DNA from: Octopus vulgaris
Taxonomy: Eukaryota
Assembly: GCA_951406725.2 (NCBI GenBank)
Contig: OX597834.1
Span: 11,098,001-11,162,000, forward strand
Direction of reading: 5' to 3'
DNA: 64,000 bases
The notes under the pieces were generated by a model. That model saw only the letters and a program-made list of their open reading frames with translations, searched no databases and was not told where the DNA came from. Numbering within the stretch: position 1 is the first letter of the stretch; every line of letters starts with the position of its first letter. Below are positions 12,481 to 27,576 of the stretch, one piece after another. Both the position numbers and the translations under genes were made by a program.

Positions 12481-14379
12481 TACTTGATAATTAATAAGAA
12501 CAACAATGGAAAGAAAATGAAAGACAAGGTGAAGAAGAAGGAGGGGAAAGGTGAGGTGTGGTTTTTGGTGTTGGTTTTTGGTGTTTGTGTTGGTTGTGGT
12601 TGTGCTGCTGGAGGAGGAGGGGGAGGAGGAGGATTATTTACTGAATATACTTTACCGTACATTATAAGTACATGATAGATACTTTAAAGAGAGTGTTTGA
12701 AATTATCTAGTTTGGATAATATCAAATTGTTTTCAGTTATTTTTTCCTATAGTACACAGGACAGCGTCTTCCGTTGATACATTCGCCCAGAATTTTCTTG
12801 TGCTGTAATGTATTGAATAATTTCGTGTTTGCAATCCATCTACTCTTGCCTTAAATGCCTCTAATCCTCTTATTGTTGGTGGTGAAGTTTTAGCAAAAAT
12901 GCTTGGATTCAATATGGATTATGCTTTTCTTCAAAGTATTGTTACATTATATAAAGACATATTCTTTGCGATTTTGAAAGGAACTCCTGCTTTAGATTTC
13001 CTTTCATTTTTGAGTTGCAAATTTTGCGTTGTATCTCTTTAATTTTCATTTTTGTCGGTGTTTGATTTCATCTTGGTTTGAAATAATATTTATATATATT
13101 TTTTTAGCGATGCTTATCATCCCGTTTCATTGTGTTTAGCTCCTCCCACATAGAAAGGGTTTAAAGAAGTTTCCCATATTTCTTAATGTCGGTTATACTT
13201 GCTGTATATATATATATTATTTTTCTACTAGTGATATTTATATTCGCCTTTATTTTCACTAATCTACAAAAGGTAACGTTTGCGGGGTCATTTTTACAAT
13301 CGTATTTTCCCCATTTCATCTTTTGCATAAATACAAGCCTCTATTGTTGATCCAGAGAAATATATTCTATCGATTTTAATTCTTAAAATATTTTCATCTG
13401 TAGATTATTATCATATTTAAAATTTCCATTTTAGAAATTTCCAGTCTTAAAGCATTCTCGAATTCACCTGTGTTCACGTATTTGTTCTATTTTTTCTTAG
13501 TCTTTTGTTTAGCAATAATCTGTAGTTGTGAGCGAATTTCTTTGTATTTTGAATTTTTACTTTTTACGCATCTTGTTTTGCTTCAGTTTTATCTATTTTT
13601 CTGATTTACTTTCTCTCTATTTATAGATTTAATACTTTCATTTTACTTGTTTTATTTCTTAGTATTGCTTTTTATTTTTCATTATGTTAACTTCATTTTG
13701 CGCATTTAGATATTGTGCTTAATATTTTTTACCATTTGTATAAGAATATATCTTCTTGAAGTAACTAGCTTAAAACATTCCAGAATTTCTTTTAGAATCA
13801 AGGTTATTTCCTTTTCAAATATTACTCCTGAATATTGTGGGAGTATTGTCGTTTTATTTATAAAGTCAAGTCAGATCGTGTTGTTCCCATAACATTTTTG
13901 CCGTTGAGGTAATTGAATTTTTAAGGAATTTTTACCAATAATTCAGCTCAACATGGCTTTTGAGTTTCGTCTATGCTGACAACCTGATGCTTATCTCAAA
14001 ACCTTTAACCGCTGTTATGCTTGTTTGCACTCTACTTTTAAATTTTATTTTCTAAACAAGAATGTGTTTGCAAATTATCGTTACCTTCTTTTATGTCCAT
14101 ACCACGCCATTTTGTTTCGTCTGACACTATCGACAAATCGTCTTCAACTGTTTCAGACTAATTCATTAGTATGATTACGTTCTTGCAATACTGACACATT
14201 AGTTCCAGAGTATTTCAGTAGTTGAATACCGATATACAAATGCAATTCCTACTCAGCGAATTGTATTCGTTGTTGGGGGAACAAACACGCCATAAAGAGC
14301 ATGACCGTGAACGAACAGGACGTTAATGCGTGCGTCATATTGCTTGTGTCAGTGTATATTTATATATCTTTGTTTACAA

Positions 14380-15161
14380 GGCGGCGAGCTGGCAGAAACG
14401 TTAGCGCGCCGGGCGAAATGCTTAGCGGTATTTCGTCTGTCGTTACGTTCTGAGTTCAAATGCCACCGAGGTTGACTTTGCCTTTCATCCTTTCGGGGTC
14501 GATAAATTAAGTACCAATAACGCACTGGGGTCGATGTAGTCGACTGAATACCTATGTCTGTCCTTGTTTGTCCCCTCTGTGTTTAGCCCCTTGTGGGTAA
14601 TAAAGAAATAGGTATTTCGTCTGTTGTTACGTTCTGAGTTCAAATTCCGCCGAGGTCGACTTTGCCTTTCATACTTTCGGGTCTATAAATTAAGTACCAA
14701 TAACGCACTGGGGTTGATGTAGTCGACTGAATACCTATGTCTGTCCTTGTTTGTCCCCTCTGTGTTTAGCCACTTGTGGGTAGTAAAGAAATAGGTATTT
14801 CGTCTGCCGTTACGTTCTGAGTTCAAATTCCGCCGAGGTCGACATTTCCTTTCATCCTTTCGGGCTCGATAAATAAAGTACCAGTTTCGCACTGGAGTCG
14901 ATGTAATCGACTTAATCCCTTTGTCTGTCCTTGTTTGTCCCCTCTATGCTTAGCCCATTGTGGGTAGTAAAGAAATAGGTATTTTGTCTGCCGTTACGTT
15001 CTGAGTTCAAATTCCGCCGAGGTCGACTTTGCCTTTCATCCTTTCGGGGTCGATAAATTAAGTACCAGTTACGCACTGGGGTCAATATAATCGACATAAT
15101 CCCTTTGTTTGTCCTTGTTTGTCTCCGTTATGTTTAGCCCCTTGGGGGCAGTAAAGAAATA
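14380..15161 (+). mobile_element. SINE family B concatemer: one head plus four ~183-bp body+tail units
   Basis: Head GGCGGCGAGCTGGCAGAAACGTTAGC at 14380; units restart at GGTATTT at 14611, 14794 and 14978, each after AAAGAAATA. Confidence 0.93.
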
Positions 15162-16059
15162 TATCTATATTTGTTTACGTTTATGAATATACATATATAC
15201 TTACAAATTTAATAATATAGTATGTGACCCTTTTATTCACACATTTTCAACTGATGCTCTTAAATCTTACTCCTTCCAGTAAGAGATATCCTTGCCAATG
15301 CTGCAATATACGAAGGAATAATAGTAATTTTCATCTCGCAAATGTCATTAGCGCAAAGTGTCAAGAATATAGCGAAACTAAAAGGGTAAAAGGTGCACTT
15401 TTGTGTTCGGTGCCAAACTTAATGATTGTATCATTTATTTTAATGAAAATGTATTATTCGATTTACTCTTATTATATTACCGATTGTTATAATAGCTAAT
15501 AGCATTGTCATGGTTTCGCGAAGATTTTTTCGGATTGTTTAATTTGCTTTATAGCAGTATTTTGTCATAACAACAACGAGATGAAAATGATGATGATGAT
15601 GATGATACTGCTACTGCTGATGTGGATGATGATGATGATGATAATGACGATCATGATGATTTTTGACGATGATTCATGTAATTGACCACAAAGGACCAGT
15701 ACGGAGCTAGGGTTCGTGCCAATATCTATGTGTAGATACTGACATTCAATAAAAGTGCAAGGTGAATAATAACAATGACAATGTACGAAGAAGTAGAAAG
15801 AGAAATAGAAGGAGAAGAAGGGGAAGAGAAGAAGAAGGACAACCACACCAAGAAGAAAAGCAACAATAACAACAACAACAGCGGCAATTATAGAAATAAG
15901 GGTAATTATAATACAATTATCACGAGCCCCACCAACACCTCCACCAGCATCACTACTACTACTACTAATACTACTACTAGCACTAATAACAACAAGAGCA
16001 CCACCTCTGAGATCACCAACGACAGCAACAATATCATCATGAACAAAAACAACAAAAAC

Positions 16060-16089
16060 AATAATAATAATAACAATAATAATAATAAC

Positions 16090-16160
<71 letters not shown>

Positions 16161-16333
16161 TAATAATAATAATAATAATAACGATAATAATAATAATAAT
16201 AATAACAATAATGATAATAATAATAATACTAATAATACTAATAATGATAATAGTAATAATAATAATAATAATAATGAAAATAATAATAACGATAATAATA
16301 ATAATAATAATAATTATTACAATAATAATGATA

Positions 16334-16412
<79 letters not shown>

Positions 16413-16485
16413 AAATAATAAAAATAATAATAATGATAATAACAATAATAATAATAGCAATAATAATAATAATAATAATAATAAT
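16060..16485. repeat. (AAT)n tract
   Basis: Directly visible; explains the poly-Asn/Ile ORFs. Confidence 0.97.
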
Positions 16486-16725
16486 TTGCTGAAGATCAAG
16501 TACAATAGGGAGATTGAGAATTGCTCGTAAATTAGCTTTCTAAGCATTTCATGATATGATACCACGTGTTTCTTGGGTCAATTCCCTAAAGACACTTTCT
16601 CCATTTATTTACTTTTGAGATGACATTAGAGGGGTTTCCAATTCCCTTTTAACACGAAAGCAAAAAAATCCTTCTATGAAAACTAAAGAAATGGAAGAAA
16701 AAAAAGTTCTATAAACATGACGAAT

Positions 16726-16896
16726 GGTGCAGGAGTGGCTGTGTGGTAAGTAGCTTGCTAACCAACCACATGGTTCCGGGTTCAGTCCCACTGCGTGGCA
16801 CCTTGGGCAAGTATCTTCTGCTATAGCCCCGGGCCGACCAATGCCTTGTGAGTGGATTTGGTAGACGGAAACTGAAAGAAGCCTGTCGTATATATG

Positions 16897-16927
<31 letters not shown>

Positions 16928-17146
16928 TTGTGTGTCTGTGTTTGTCCCCCTAGCATTGCTTGACAACCGATGCTGGTGTGTTTACGTTCCCGTCACTTAG
17001 CGGTTCGGCAAAAGAGACCGATAAAATAAGTACTGGGCTTACAAAGAATAAGTCCCGGGGTCGAGTTGCTCGACTAAAGGCGGTGCTCCAGCATGGCCGC
17101 AGTCAAATGACTGAAACAAGTAAAAGAGTAAAAGAGTAAAAGAGTA
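16726..17146 (+). mobile_element. SINE family A, full length
   Basis: Same structure as 8731-9140; (GTAAAAGA)n tail. Confidence 0.93.
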
Positions 17147-20068
17147 ATGGTATTCAAAGTCATTGTTGGCTTGACAATATATGTCACCTATTGAAACAGA
17201 TTTTTTTTTCTTTCTGATTAATACTTTTCTCGGTGGATATGTGCGTGACGATTTTGCTTCGGTTGTATAGGAAATAATAGCTTGAGTCATTCAACTTTCT
17301 GTATCTATCGCGCACAGGGTCCTTATGGAGCAATATATTGGAAAATAAATTAGGAAAGAAAATGAAAAATATATAAATATATTTCTACGTTATGACACTT
17401 TGGACAATTGTTTCGTTCTGTAGCCCCAGTTCAACAAAGGGGTGTTCTAGCAGAAAAAACTGATAAAATCACTTTTAATATTAAAAAGGTCTAGAAGTAC
17501 AGGTATCGATTTTGGGACTAAAACCCTTCAAGTGGTCGTAGCCCACTGATTCAAAAAATTAAAAGACAAACATACCAATTTTATTTAGGCTATATCTGCA
17601 TCATCTCCTACATGAAAATGCAAGAAAATATATATCGATCCATCCGTAATCATGAAAGGCATAAAGCCTTAACTTATGAATGGCAGAAGCTAAGTATAGC
17701 AAAAACTTTAAAATATATTTTGCTATTTAATATTGAAAAAAGAGATCATGATCCTTCACAGGGCCTTTACGATCTATGGTTCGGAGGCAATGAGTTATCC
17801 ATGATGTAAGGACTTGGCTTGAAGTCTTGCAACAGTATGGGCATCCGCTAAAGTCAGTGAAGTAACAGTTGATAGCCTGTTAAACCGGGTGATGAACTAA
17901 GTTTTCCTTCCTCTAGTAAAGTTACTGATCAAAATCAAGGCCTCTATCTAAGGATTAAGTCTACCACCTGAGATTATATCTATAACAGGGAAATAAATTC
18001 GGTTGCACAAAATTAAATCTGCTACTTTAAAGTCTATCAGCCAATATAATGACTATTATACAAGGATAGATCTGCCAGGCAAGATTAAGTCTACTGTTGT
18101 ATATTCACTCTACTATCCAATATTTCATCCAACACGCGTGGTTATGATTATCAGGCAACATAATATTTGGCACACTAAACGAAGTCTAGCAACTCGACTA
18201 TCTTTTACACCCCTTTCTTGACGCCAATCTGCAAACGGATCTTATAGTAATGTCGACTTCTCTCAAGCTCTGTCCCCGCAGTATACTGGATATTTTTGTT
18301 GTTCTTGTTGTTATTTTTGGAGATATGTTCACTGAAACTTAGTCGCATTAGAAATCTTTATCAAACATAATAATGACGATTCACTGACGTTAATCATATT
18401 TTCATATTCTGATTTGTCTAAACAATTCATTCATTTTATTTAACTAACTATATATCTTTTATAAACTTTTCGATATTTCTACTGTGTTATAGAGATATTA
18501 CAATGTTTGGTGTTTACATATTTATTACTAAATACTATTCTCTATGATATTCTAAACGTGGTGAAGCTCTCTTTTAAATGCTATATCTGACTCGATAAAT
18601 CAATACGTTTGCTCATGCATATTTAAGAGAATAACTGATCTATAAGTATGTTTTGCACACACCAATATTAGATGGTATAGAATTCAGAATGGATATTCTC
18701 TCGATATACTGAGGCTTCTGATTGCATTTGCAATCGTATAGTATCATCTCACCAAATCAATATTACGTGCCTTATCTCCGATATATGTGTATGGAAAGGA
18801 GATGTATCACGAATTTCGATGAACGAAATGTTTAGGAGTAGCAAACCGATTGCATGATCATTGGGTACATGATTATAACACACGGTTGGTAGTTCAGCCA
18901 GCGACAATTTGCTATTATTTTGTCAATATTATGGATGAAGCTAACGCGGTGGGCTGGCAAAACCCTTACCGGGCCGGACTATATCCTTAGCGGAATTTGT
19001 TCCAATTTTGCGATCTGAGTTTAAATGTCGCTGGGATCGATAAAATAAGTACCAATTGAGTACTGGGGTTAATGTATTCGACTCACCCCGTCTGCTCAAA
19101 TTGGAGACCTTGTACCAAAATTTCAAACCAATATTATAGATGAAGCCCAAACCGAATTTAGGTTATGTGATTTGAAAGAAATATAAAATCTATTTACAAT
19201 AGAGAACGATGATGAGATTTATTCCAGGCAATTATAACCATGAGAGTTTTACTAGATTATATGTATACTTTACATTTTTTTCCCCTTTTTTATATGTTAA
19301 CTACGAAGCATCTTTATAAGAGTCATATGTGATTTTTCTTATTGTTGTAATTCACTTTTCCGCTGAAAGCAATAATATCTGGTGATATGTTGCGAATTCG
19401 TTTAGTTGTGTTTCTGAATAGTTTCTTAAAAATGATATATTGTCCATCAAAATTGTTGTCGGCGTATAACATTTTTCTATTAGGCATCATGTAATTGGGA
19501 AGTGTCCACCTGTCACACTACTCCCACATCAGTTCGTAAATTCCGTCACACGTTCATCTACTTTCCCCACTCTCCCTCTCTCTCACACACACACACTGAT
19601 ACACTCACACATACAGGGACACACACATACGTACACACGCAAACCCACGCATACACGTACACACTCATTCAAATATTTGAATACTTTAAATGTAGTACGT
19701 ATCTCTGTCTCTGAAAGTTTTTTTTTTTCAATCTTTAAGACCATCATTAAAAATCATTTAGTTAGAGCATTACGAAAAGTATGAAATTTCCTAGGTTAGA
19801 TAACGTAAAGTTTTACGAGTAGTAAAACAAATCTATGAACCTTCATCTTCTTTCACGAATTATCCTTCACAAACCTTACAAATATATACACGCCTAATTC
19901 ATTCTTTTCGTGATAATTTACTTTCAACAGAATGAGTAATTACTTCTGTCTGTTTCACGAACTGTAAATACATTTACGAATATCCCTTGATAATAGTATG
20001 GGCAGAAAATTTCCAAATATTTGTTTATGTTACTTTATATGGGAAACAAACCAATGGAGGATCACAGT

Positions 20069-20075
20069 TATCTAT

Positions 20076-20162
<87 letters not shown>

Positions 20163-20183
20163 GTTATCTATCTATCTAGTTAC

Positions 20184-20214
<31 letters not shown>

Positions 20215-20215
20215 G

Positions 20216-20254
<39 letters not shown>

Positions 20255-20255
20255 G

Positions 20256-20330
<75 letters not shown>

Positions 20331-20336
20331 GTTATC
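20069..20336. repeat. (TATC)n tract; resumes at ~20545-20690
   Basis: Directly visible. Confidence 0.96.
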
Positions 20337-20535
20337 TATAGGGAAAGGTTACGAAAAAAAAACAAAAGACGAAGACAGGTGGTGTATAAAACAAATAGAT
20401 GTATTAGTATAACGCTCAGGAATAGAAAAAGTCATTTACGTTTCGAGCCTACGCTCTCCTTCAGAAAGGTACACAGAAAAAAAACAAGGAGAGAAAGAAG
20501 GAGAGAAAAAATGGGTGTAGTGGCTAGCGATCGAT
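20337..20535 (-). mobile_element. short hammerhead-bearing element inserted in (TATC)n
   Basis: Minus strand CTTT-CTGAAGG-A-GAGC-GTAG-GCTC-GAAAC-GTA at 20468-20437; colinear with 5963-6145. Confidence 0.7.
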
Positions 20536-20545
20536 CGATCGATCG

Positions 20546-20619
<74 letters not shown>

Positions 20620-20729
20620 TTATCTGTCTGTCTGTCTGTCTATCTATCTGTCTATTTATCTATCTATCTGTCTGTCTGTCTGTCTAGCTAGATATCTCTC
20701 TATCTTAATGAGGCAGTTTTCCGAGTGAC

Positions 20730-20985
20730 ACCACTGTGTTCATTTCGCAAGTTGTAAAATTTGTGTTTTTGTGATCACGTGTAGGCTGTGGTCCGCGATT
20801 TTGTGATGGACTGGGAATCCACTGTAGAATCTACTGTAGAGTCTATGAGCATGCTTCGGTGGCGAGGTAATGAATCGTACGCAATGTTTCGTGTGGTACG
20901 GGCACTTCAAAACCGAAGAACATCCCTGGAAGACGACGACAGATCTGGAAGAACTGCTACGAGCATCAAACCCAGAAATGTCGAT
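20730..20985 (+). mobile_element. mariner transposase N-terminal (HTH) relic
   Basis: MNRTQCFVWYGHFK/RRTSLEDDDRSGRTATS matches mariner MSRxxxFEWxxRFKxGRxSLEDDxRSGRP; frameshifted. Confidence 0.75.
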
Positions 20986-21042
20986 GTAATCAAACCCCAC
21001 AAAATTTCAGGCCCCTTGCACTAATAGTAGAACGGATTATTA

Positions 21043-21109
21043 TTGTTACTACTACTACTACTACCGCTGCTGCTGCTACCACTACCACTACTACTACTAC
21101 TGCTACCAT

Positions 21110-21152
<43 letters not shown>

Positions 21153-21213
21153 GCTACTAATACTACTGCTGCTGCTGCTGCTGCTACTACTACTACTACA
21201 GCTGTTGCTGCTT

Positions 21214-21274
<61 letters not shown>

Positions 21275-21414
21275 TACTACCACGACTATTACCACTAGTA
21301 ATACTAGCACTTCTGTTACTACTACTGTTACTACTACTACTACTACTACCACTAGCACTTCTGATACTACTGTTACTACTTCTACTACCGCTACCACTAC
21401 TACCACTACTACCA

Positions 21415-21446
<32 letters not shown>

Positions 21447-21520
21447 GCTACTACTAGTACTACTACAGCTGCTGCTGCTTCTACTACTACTACTACTACT
21501 ACTAGCACTTCTGATACTGA
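21043..21520. repeat. (CTA)n/(CTG)n compound microsatellite with recurring ACTAGCACTTCTG units
   Basis: Directly visible. Confidence 0.95.
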
Positions 21521-21828
21521 TACGCTTACTCGTATCACGATATATTTGCATTATCATTCCCTTTTACCAACATTATGCTTATCGCCTCAAATATATTGAT
21601 ACACCTCAAATATTTCCAAACCAGGAACAAATATAATTTGCAGTTTCTCTCACTTTTTTTTTTTTTTTTTTTTGAACCGAATATCGAAAACAATTTCTAA
21701 AATAAATTTGTGAACTTTCTAAGGAGAAACTTACGATTTATACTGTTTAGTGCCTTCTTTCCTTGCGGATGTAACTATAAATTATACGTTAGAATAATAG
21801 CAAAATTCGTTTGTCTTTTATAATTTCA

Positions 21829-22222
21829 CTAGCAGTATCGCCCGGCGTTGCTCGGGTTTGTAAGGGAAATAACTATATAAGCATTTTTAGAGTTGTAAAG
21901 TATAATAGCCATCTCAATATGGCTAACCACAAAGGGGGATGTTACTGTAGCTTTTTATGTTCTGAGATTTAATAATAAATTTTTAGAGAGTTACTTCCCT
22001 TATATATGCCAAAAATGCATTAAAAATGGGAAAAATTAATGGCAATTTTTTCTTTAAATCGTAGACTCATCGTAGACGCGCACTAATACCCAGAAGGGCT
22101 CGATATGAATCACGACTATAAGATGCCCGGTTTTGGTTAAACTGCACCTCAAAATGTGGGAGTAGTTAGGAATCTAAATCGCAGGAGACAGACACACAAC
22201 TTCATTTTTATATATATAAAGA
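21829..22222 (-). mobile_element. non-autonomous Helitron
   Basis: Minus strand: host A | TC start (22222), subterminal hairpin CCCGAGC-AAC-GCCGGG, end CTAG | T (21829); no TSD. Confidence 0.85.
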
Positions 22223-22260
22223 TATTCATCTTTCTTCCCTATCTATCCTCCGTCTTAATC

Positions 22261-22335
<75 letters not shown>

Positions 22336-22337
<2 letters not shown>

Positions 22338-22595
22338 TGTATACTGTCAATCTAACACGAACGTGACAGTAGGGGTGCACCACCGCTGTTTAGCCCTAGA
22401 AAGCATCGACGCCTCCTGATGGCTTTGACACATTTTTCCTGTGTCCTTATATACATTTACGAAGGGGAGACAAATGTATATAAGGACACAGGAAAAATGT
22501 GTCAAAGCTATCAGGAGGCGGCGATGCTTCCTAGGGCTAAACAGCGGTGATGTAACCCCTACTGTCACGTTCGTGTTAGATTGACAGTATACAAC
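22336..22595. mobile_element. fold-back element / MITE-like palindrome, ~122-bp arms
   Basis: GTTGTATACTGTCAATCTAACACG...TATACATTT, 13-nt spacer, AAATGTATA...CGTGTTAGATTGACAGTATACAAC; few mismatches. Confidence 0.85.
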
Positions 22596-22657
22596 AATTC
22601 TATCGCCCCACCACCGTACATGTCTCTACGAGAGATTTAGAAATTTAGTATTTCTGA

Positions 22658-22695
<38 letters not shown>

Positions 22696-22974
22696 CATAT
22701 ATTCGTGTAGTGTGATTGTAGGCACGCATGTATGAATGTGTTTATATATATATTACATGTATGTGAATATATATGTGTGTTTGTGTGTGTGTGTGTGTTT
22801 GTGTGCGTGTGTGCGTGTGTGTGTTTCTATACACGTATGTACGTACGCATGCATGTTTGAATGGATGCATATATGTGCGTATGTAGGCGTATCACTGGCT
22901 TCTTTTCCCTATTTCCGATCTCTGAATAATATTTACCCCCGTTTTATTGATGTTGATTCGTGTTAAATATGATT

Positions 22975-23007
22975 TTGTTATCATCATTATTATCATTATT
23001 ATTATTA

Positions 23008-23068
<61 letters not shown>

Positions 23069-23334
23069 CATCATTATTATTATCATTATTATTATTGTCA
23101 TTATTATTATTATTATTATTATTATTGTCATTATTATTATTATTATTATTATCATTATTATTATTATTATCATCATCATTATTATTATTATTATTATCAT
23201 CATCATCATTATTATTATTATCATTATTATTGTCATTATTATTATTATTATTATTATTAGTTTTATTATTATTATTTTATTATTATTATTATCATTATTA
23301 TTATTATTATTATTATTTTTATTTTCATTTTTAG

Positions 23335-23368
<34 letters not shown>

Positions 23369-23485
23369 TTTTTTTTATTATTATGATCATTATTATTATT
23401 ATTGTTATTATTATTATCATCATTATTATCATTATTATTATTATTATAATTATTATTATTATTATTATCATTATTATCACTATTA
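22975..23485. repeat. (ATT)n/(ATC)n tract
   Basis: Directly visible. Confidence 0.96.
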
Positions 23486-24549
23486 TGCTTCAAGTTAATT
23501 TTCCTATTGACTCAGAGAATGGACGAGAACGAGGGTACGCACTTAATGTCAATATGACACAAGCATTATAAAAGAATAATGCATAAATAATATACATTCT
23601 TTTACTTGGTGGTGGGAACATCAATTGAAGTAGTTAGATTCCATTAGAATTTGGTTATCAATTCCAAAACTACATCTAAGCTTGCTTTCTACTTCATTAA
23701 ACCTAAAACTATAAAACAATCAATAAAAATAGGAAGCTACGTAAGATTTTTCCCTGAATATCTTATTTTCATTATTTTCTTCGTTGAATACAGATTTCTT
23801 TTTAGTATGCATTTTGCCCGTTCTCTATCTTAAGTGTAAAGCCTCCTTAAACCAAATGCATATTTCTATAGCGTAATAATCACTTATTCAGCATCTGTAC
23901 AATACAAATACATGAACAGACATTAACTTGGATAGAATGTGTACAAACCATTGTTTTGTTATAAGTATAAAAGCATATTTTATGCTTCAATCGTAGTAGC
24001 GCTTGCCAGCAGCATTATTTATATACATGGTCTTATTAACATACAAATCGCATAGAAATAGTCCCGTGTATGCAAACGTGTATGTACACTCCCGTGTACG
24101 TGCGTACCCACCCGGCGGAGGGGCTGTATGTAAGTGTGTGCAATGCATGCGATCACTAGAAACATCGAGAATTCTATAAACTATGTAATTATTTCAGCGA
24201 CTTCGCAAAGAGAGAGCAAAAGGAAATGTAATCTATTAGTTTGTTTACAGAAAAAGATATTATATATATCCTCATGATATGTAATATATTATATTATGTT
24301 ATATTACGTTATGTTATATTATATATTATAGATAATATATCAAATAATCTAATTTTGATTGAATAGAACATATTTGATACTTATCAATTATATTTTTGGA
24401 TTCCTAAGTCCTTTCCAGATTAAAGTACATCTGACGTGAAAATATTTTTCCACTTTATTAAATCACACAGGACCTAAAAAGTATATAGTTATAAACTAGC
24501 CCTGGAAACTGTTTACATACCTCTTTTGCATAAAATTTTGTGTTATATA

Positions 24550-24580
<31 letters not shown>

Positions 24581-24594
24581 TTACATATATATAG

Positions 24595-24627
<33 letters not shown>

Positions 24628-24689
24628 CATACACATATTTACATATGTATATATATATGTATATATATATATACATATATATATATACA

Positions 24690-25095
<406 letters not shown>

Positions 25096-25616
25096 GCAGG
25101 TGCTTTAAAAGCTGGAGAATATTTTGGCATATTTCTTGACTACCTGCAAGCAATATTTTATCCTTGTGTTAGAAATTGGTTTATCTATAATATATTATTC
25201 CTAAGAGTTTTATCAAATATTTAAATATTTCGCTCTATTTCTGGCACACAGTATTTATTTATTTTTCCATTCCAAAACTGAACGAAATTTATTGGAATAT
25301 AATCAATATGCATATAACATAATGTGTAACGGTGAGACAAGAAATATATAAATAGTTCTGCATGTAAATGCCACGTGACTCAATATGTCCCCGAGAATAT
25401 TACGGAAATATAAAACGTTTTACGTTTTAACAAAATACAAACAAACAATAAATGTGTTGCTAAAATATAATTACTCACAAGGTTTGCACGAAGGCGGTAA
25501 AAAAGAAACCGGCGCAACGTACGACGCAGTGTGATCGAATCCAGAAATCATAGTTTTCAGGTGAAATTCTTAACAAGGAGAACATACAGAATGTTATTAA
25601 GAGCACAAATTTGTTT

Positions 25617-26002
25617 GTGGAGGCGCAATGGCCTAGTGGTTAGGGCAGCGGACTCGCGGTCATAGGATCGCGGTTTCGATTCCCAGACCGGGCGTTGTGA
25701 GTGTTTATTGAACGAAAACACCTAAAGCTCCACAAGGCTCCGGCAGGGGATGGTGGTGATCCCTGCTGTACTCTTTCACCACAACTTTCTCTTACTCTTA
25801 CTTCCTGTTTCTGTTGTACCTGTATTTCAAAGGGCCGGCCTTGTCACTCTCTGTGTCACGCTGAATATCCCCGAGAACTACGTTAAGGGTACACGTGTCT
25901 GTGGAGTGCTCAGCCACTTACACGTTACTTTCACGAGGAGGCTGTTCCGTTGATTCGGATCAACCGGAACCCTCGTCGCCGTAACCGACGGAGTGCTTCC
26001 AC
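25617..26002 (+). mobile_element. tRNA(Arg)-like SINE family C, full length, with TSD
   Basis: Head GTGGAGGCGCAATGGCCTAGTGGTTAGGGCAGCGGACTCGCG...GTTTCGATTCCC; 13-bp TSD CACAAATTTGTTT at 25604-25616 and 26003-26015. Confidence 0.93.
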
Positions 26003-26413
26003 CACAAATTTGTTTTCCTATTACAATAGCAGTTTTGAACAACAGAGTTAAATCATGAGCTATTTCTCAATGTCATCGTCAGTGTAAACAAACTGAACTG
26101 TTTTCACCCTGAAATATTGAACTGCATCAATCTCATTCACTTTTGGAATAAATGGAGTTGATTCAGTTGAAGGTAATTCATACTCACGTTAATTATGTCG
26201 CGGCATGACATTCTGAGATATTAACCTTCCCTTCAATAACAGAAGCATGAGACATACACTGTGTTAATTATTTAATTAACTAATTGATAAATTAAATGTC
26301 CATCAACAAAATAATTAAAACCGTTACAAAAACATCAAAAAGCATCGATGTATGCATGTATGTATATGTTAAATATTATTTCCGTTAATGGATTATAACT
26401 ATGAACTATGGGC

Positions 26414-26485
<72 letters not shown>

Positions 26486-26534
26486 TTATATATATATATA
26501 TATACACATATATATACACATATATATACATATC

Positions 26535-26567
<33 letters not shown>

Positions 26568-26656
26568 TATAGGTATAGATATAGATATATACATATGTGT
26601 ACGTGCCTGAGTGTGTGTGTGTGTGTGTGGCTGGCTGTATCTCTATGTGTATATTT

Positions 26657-26721
<65 letters not shown>

Positions 26722-27253
26722 TATATATATACATATATATACATATATATATATCACATACGTATATATGGGAATGCTTATATATGTGTATTTATATACG
26801 TATGTATGTATAATTTTATGTATAATTACGCGTATATATATATATAGATATATGTATGTATGTGTTTATGAATGGAAGTAACAGATGCTATATATGTACT
26901 TCATATAGTATATGTACGAATATGTGTATATATGCATGTAGTTTATTAGTGATTAATTAATTTAAAATTAATTTAAAAGTATTGTGACACTTCCCTGATG
27001 AAAATGTCAATCCTTCGCTTGGAATCTTATCTATTCTATTTTGAAAACTGTTTGTGTTAATTAAAATTACAAAAATTCCTATCTTCTCAAATTATATGCA
27101 CATAAATACACAACAACGCATACGTACACGCACATACATACATTCATAAATACATACATACACACATACATGCATAAATGTGCATATATAAAAACACGCG
27201 CGCTCACAAATACATGCATACATACACGCACATACATTCAAATATATATATGT

Positions 27254-27313
<60 letters not shown>

Positions 27314-27411
27314 ATATATATATATATATATAGATACATATACATGTATACACACACACACATAGATATATATATATATACATGTATATATGTATATATA
27401 TATATAAATAA

Positions 27412-27442
<31 letters not shown>

Positions 27443-27576
27443 CATATTCAAAGATGCGTGCATGCACGCGCATGTTTGCGCATGTGCGTGTGAATGTGTG
27501 TCAACGTGTGTGACCGCGCGTGAATTTTACATTAATTAAATATTGTGAACGTTCACACCATCTCTTTCTAATTCCA

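Noticed and set aside
12700-14330. T-rich, strand-asymmetric 1.6-kb stretch that could be a decayed minus-strand ORF (similar A-rich stretch at 30950-32600)
   Set aside because: I could not recover any protein motif by eye; a translated HMM search would be needed
14380-15161. Regularly spaced repeats that might suggest a CRISPR array
   Set aside because: Units are ~183-bp SINE bodies with no unique spacers, there are no cas genes, and the DNA is eukaryotic
25617-25695. tRNA-Arg-like sequence (also 62584 and the head at 36631)
   Set aside because: Continues into a SINE body bounded by a TSD and lacks a proper acceptor stem, so it is a SINE head, not a tRNA gene
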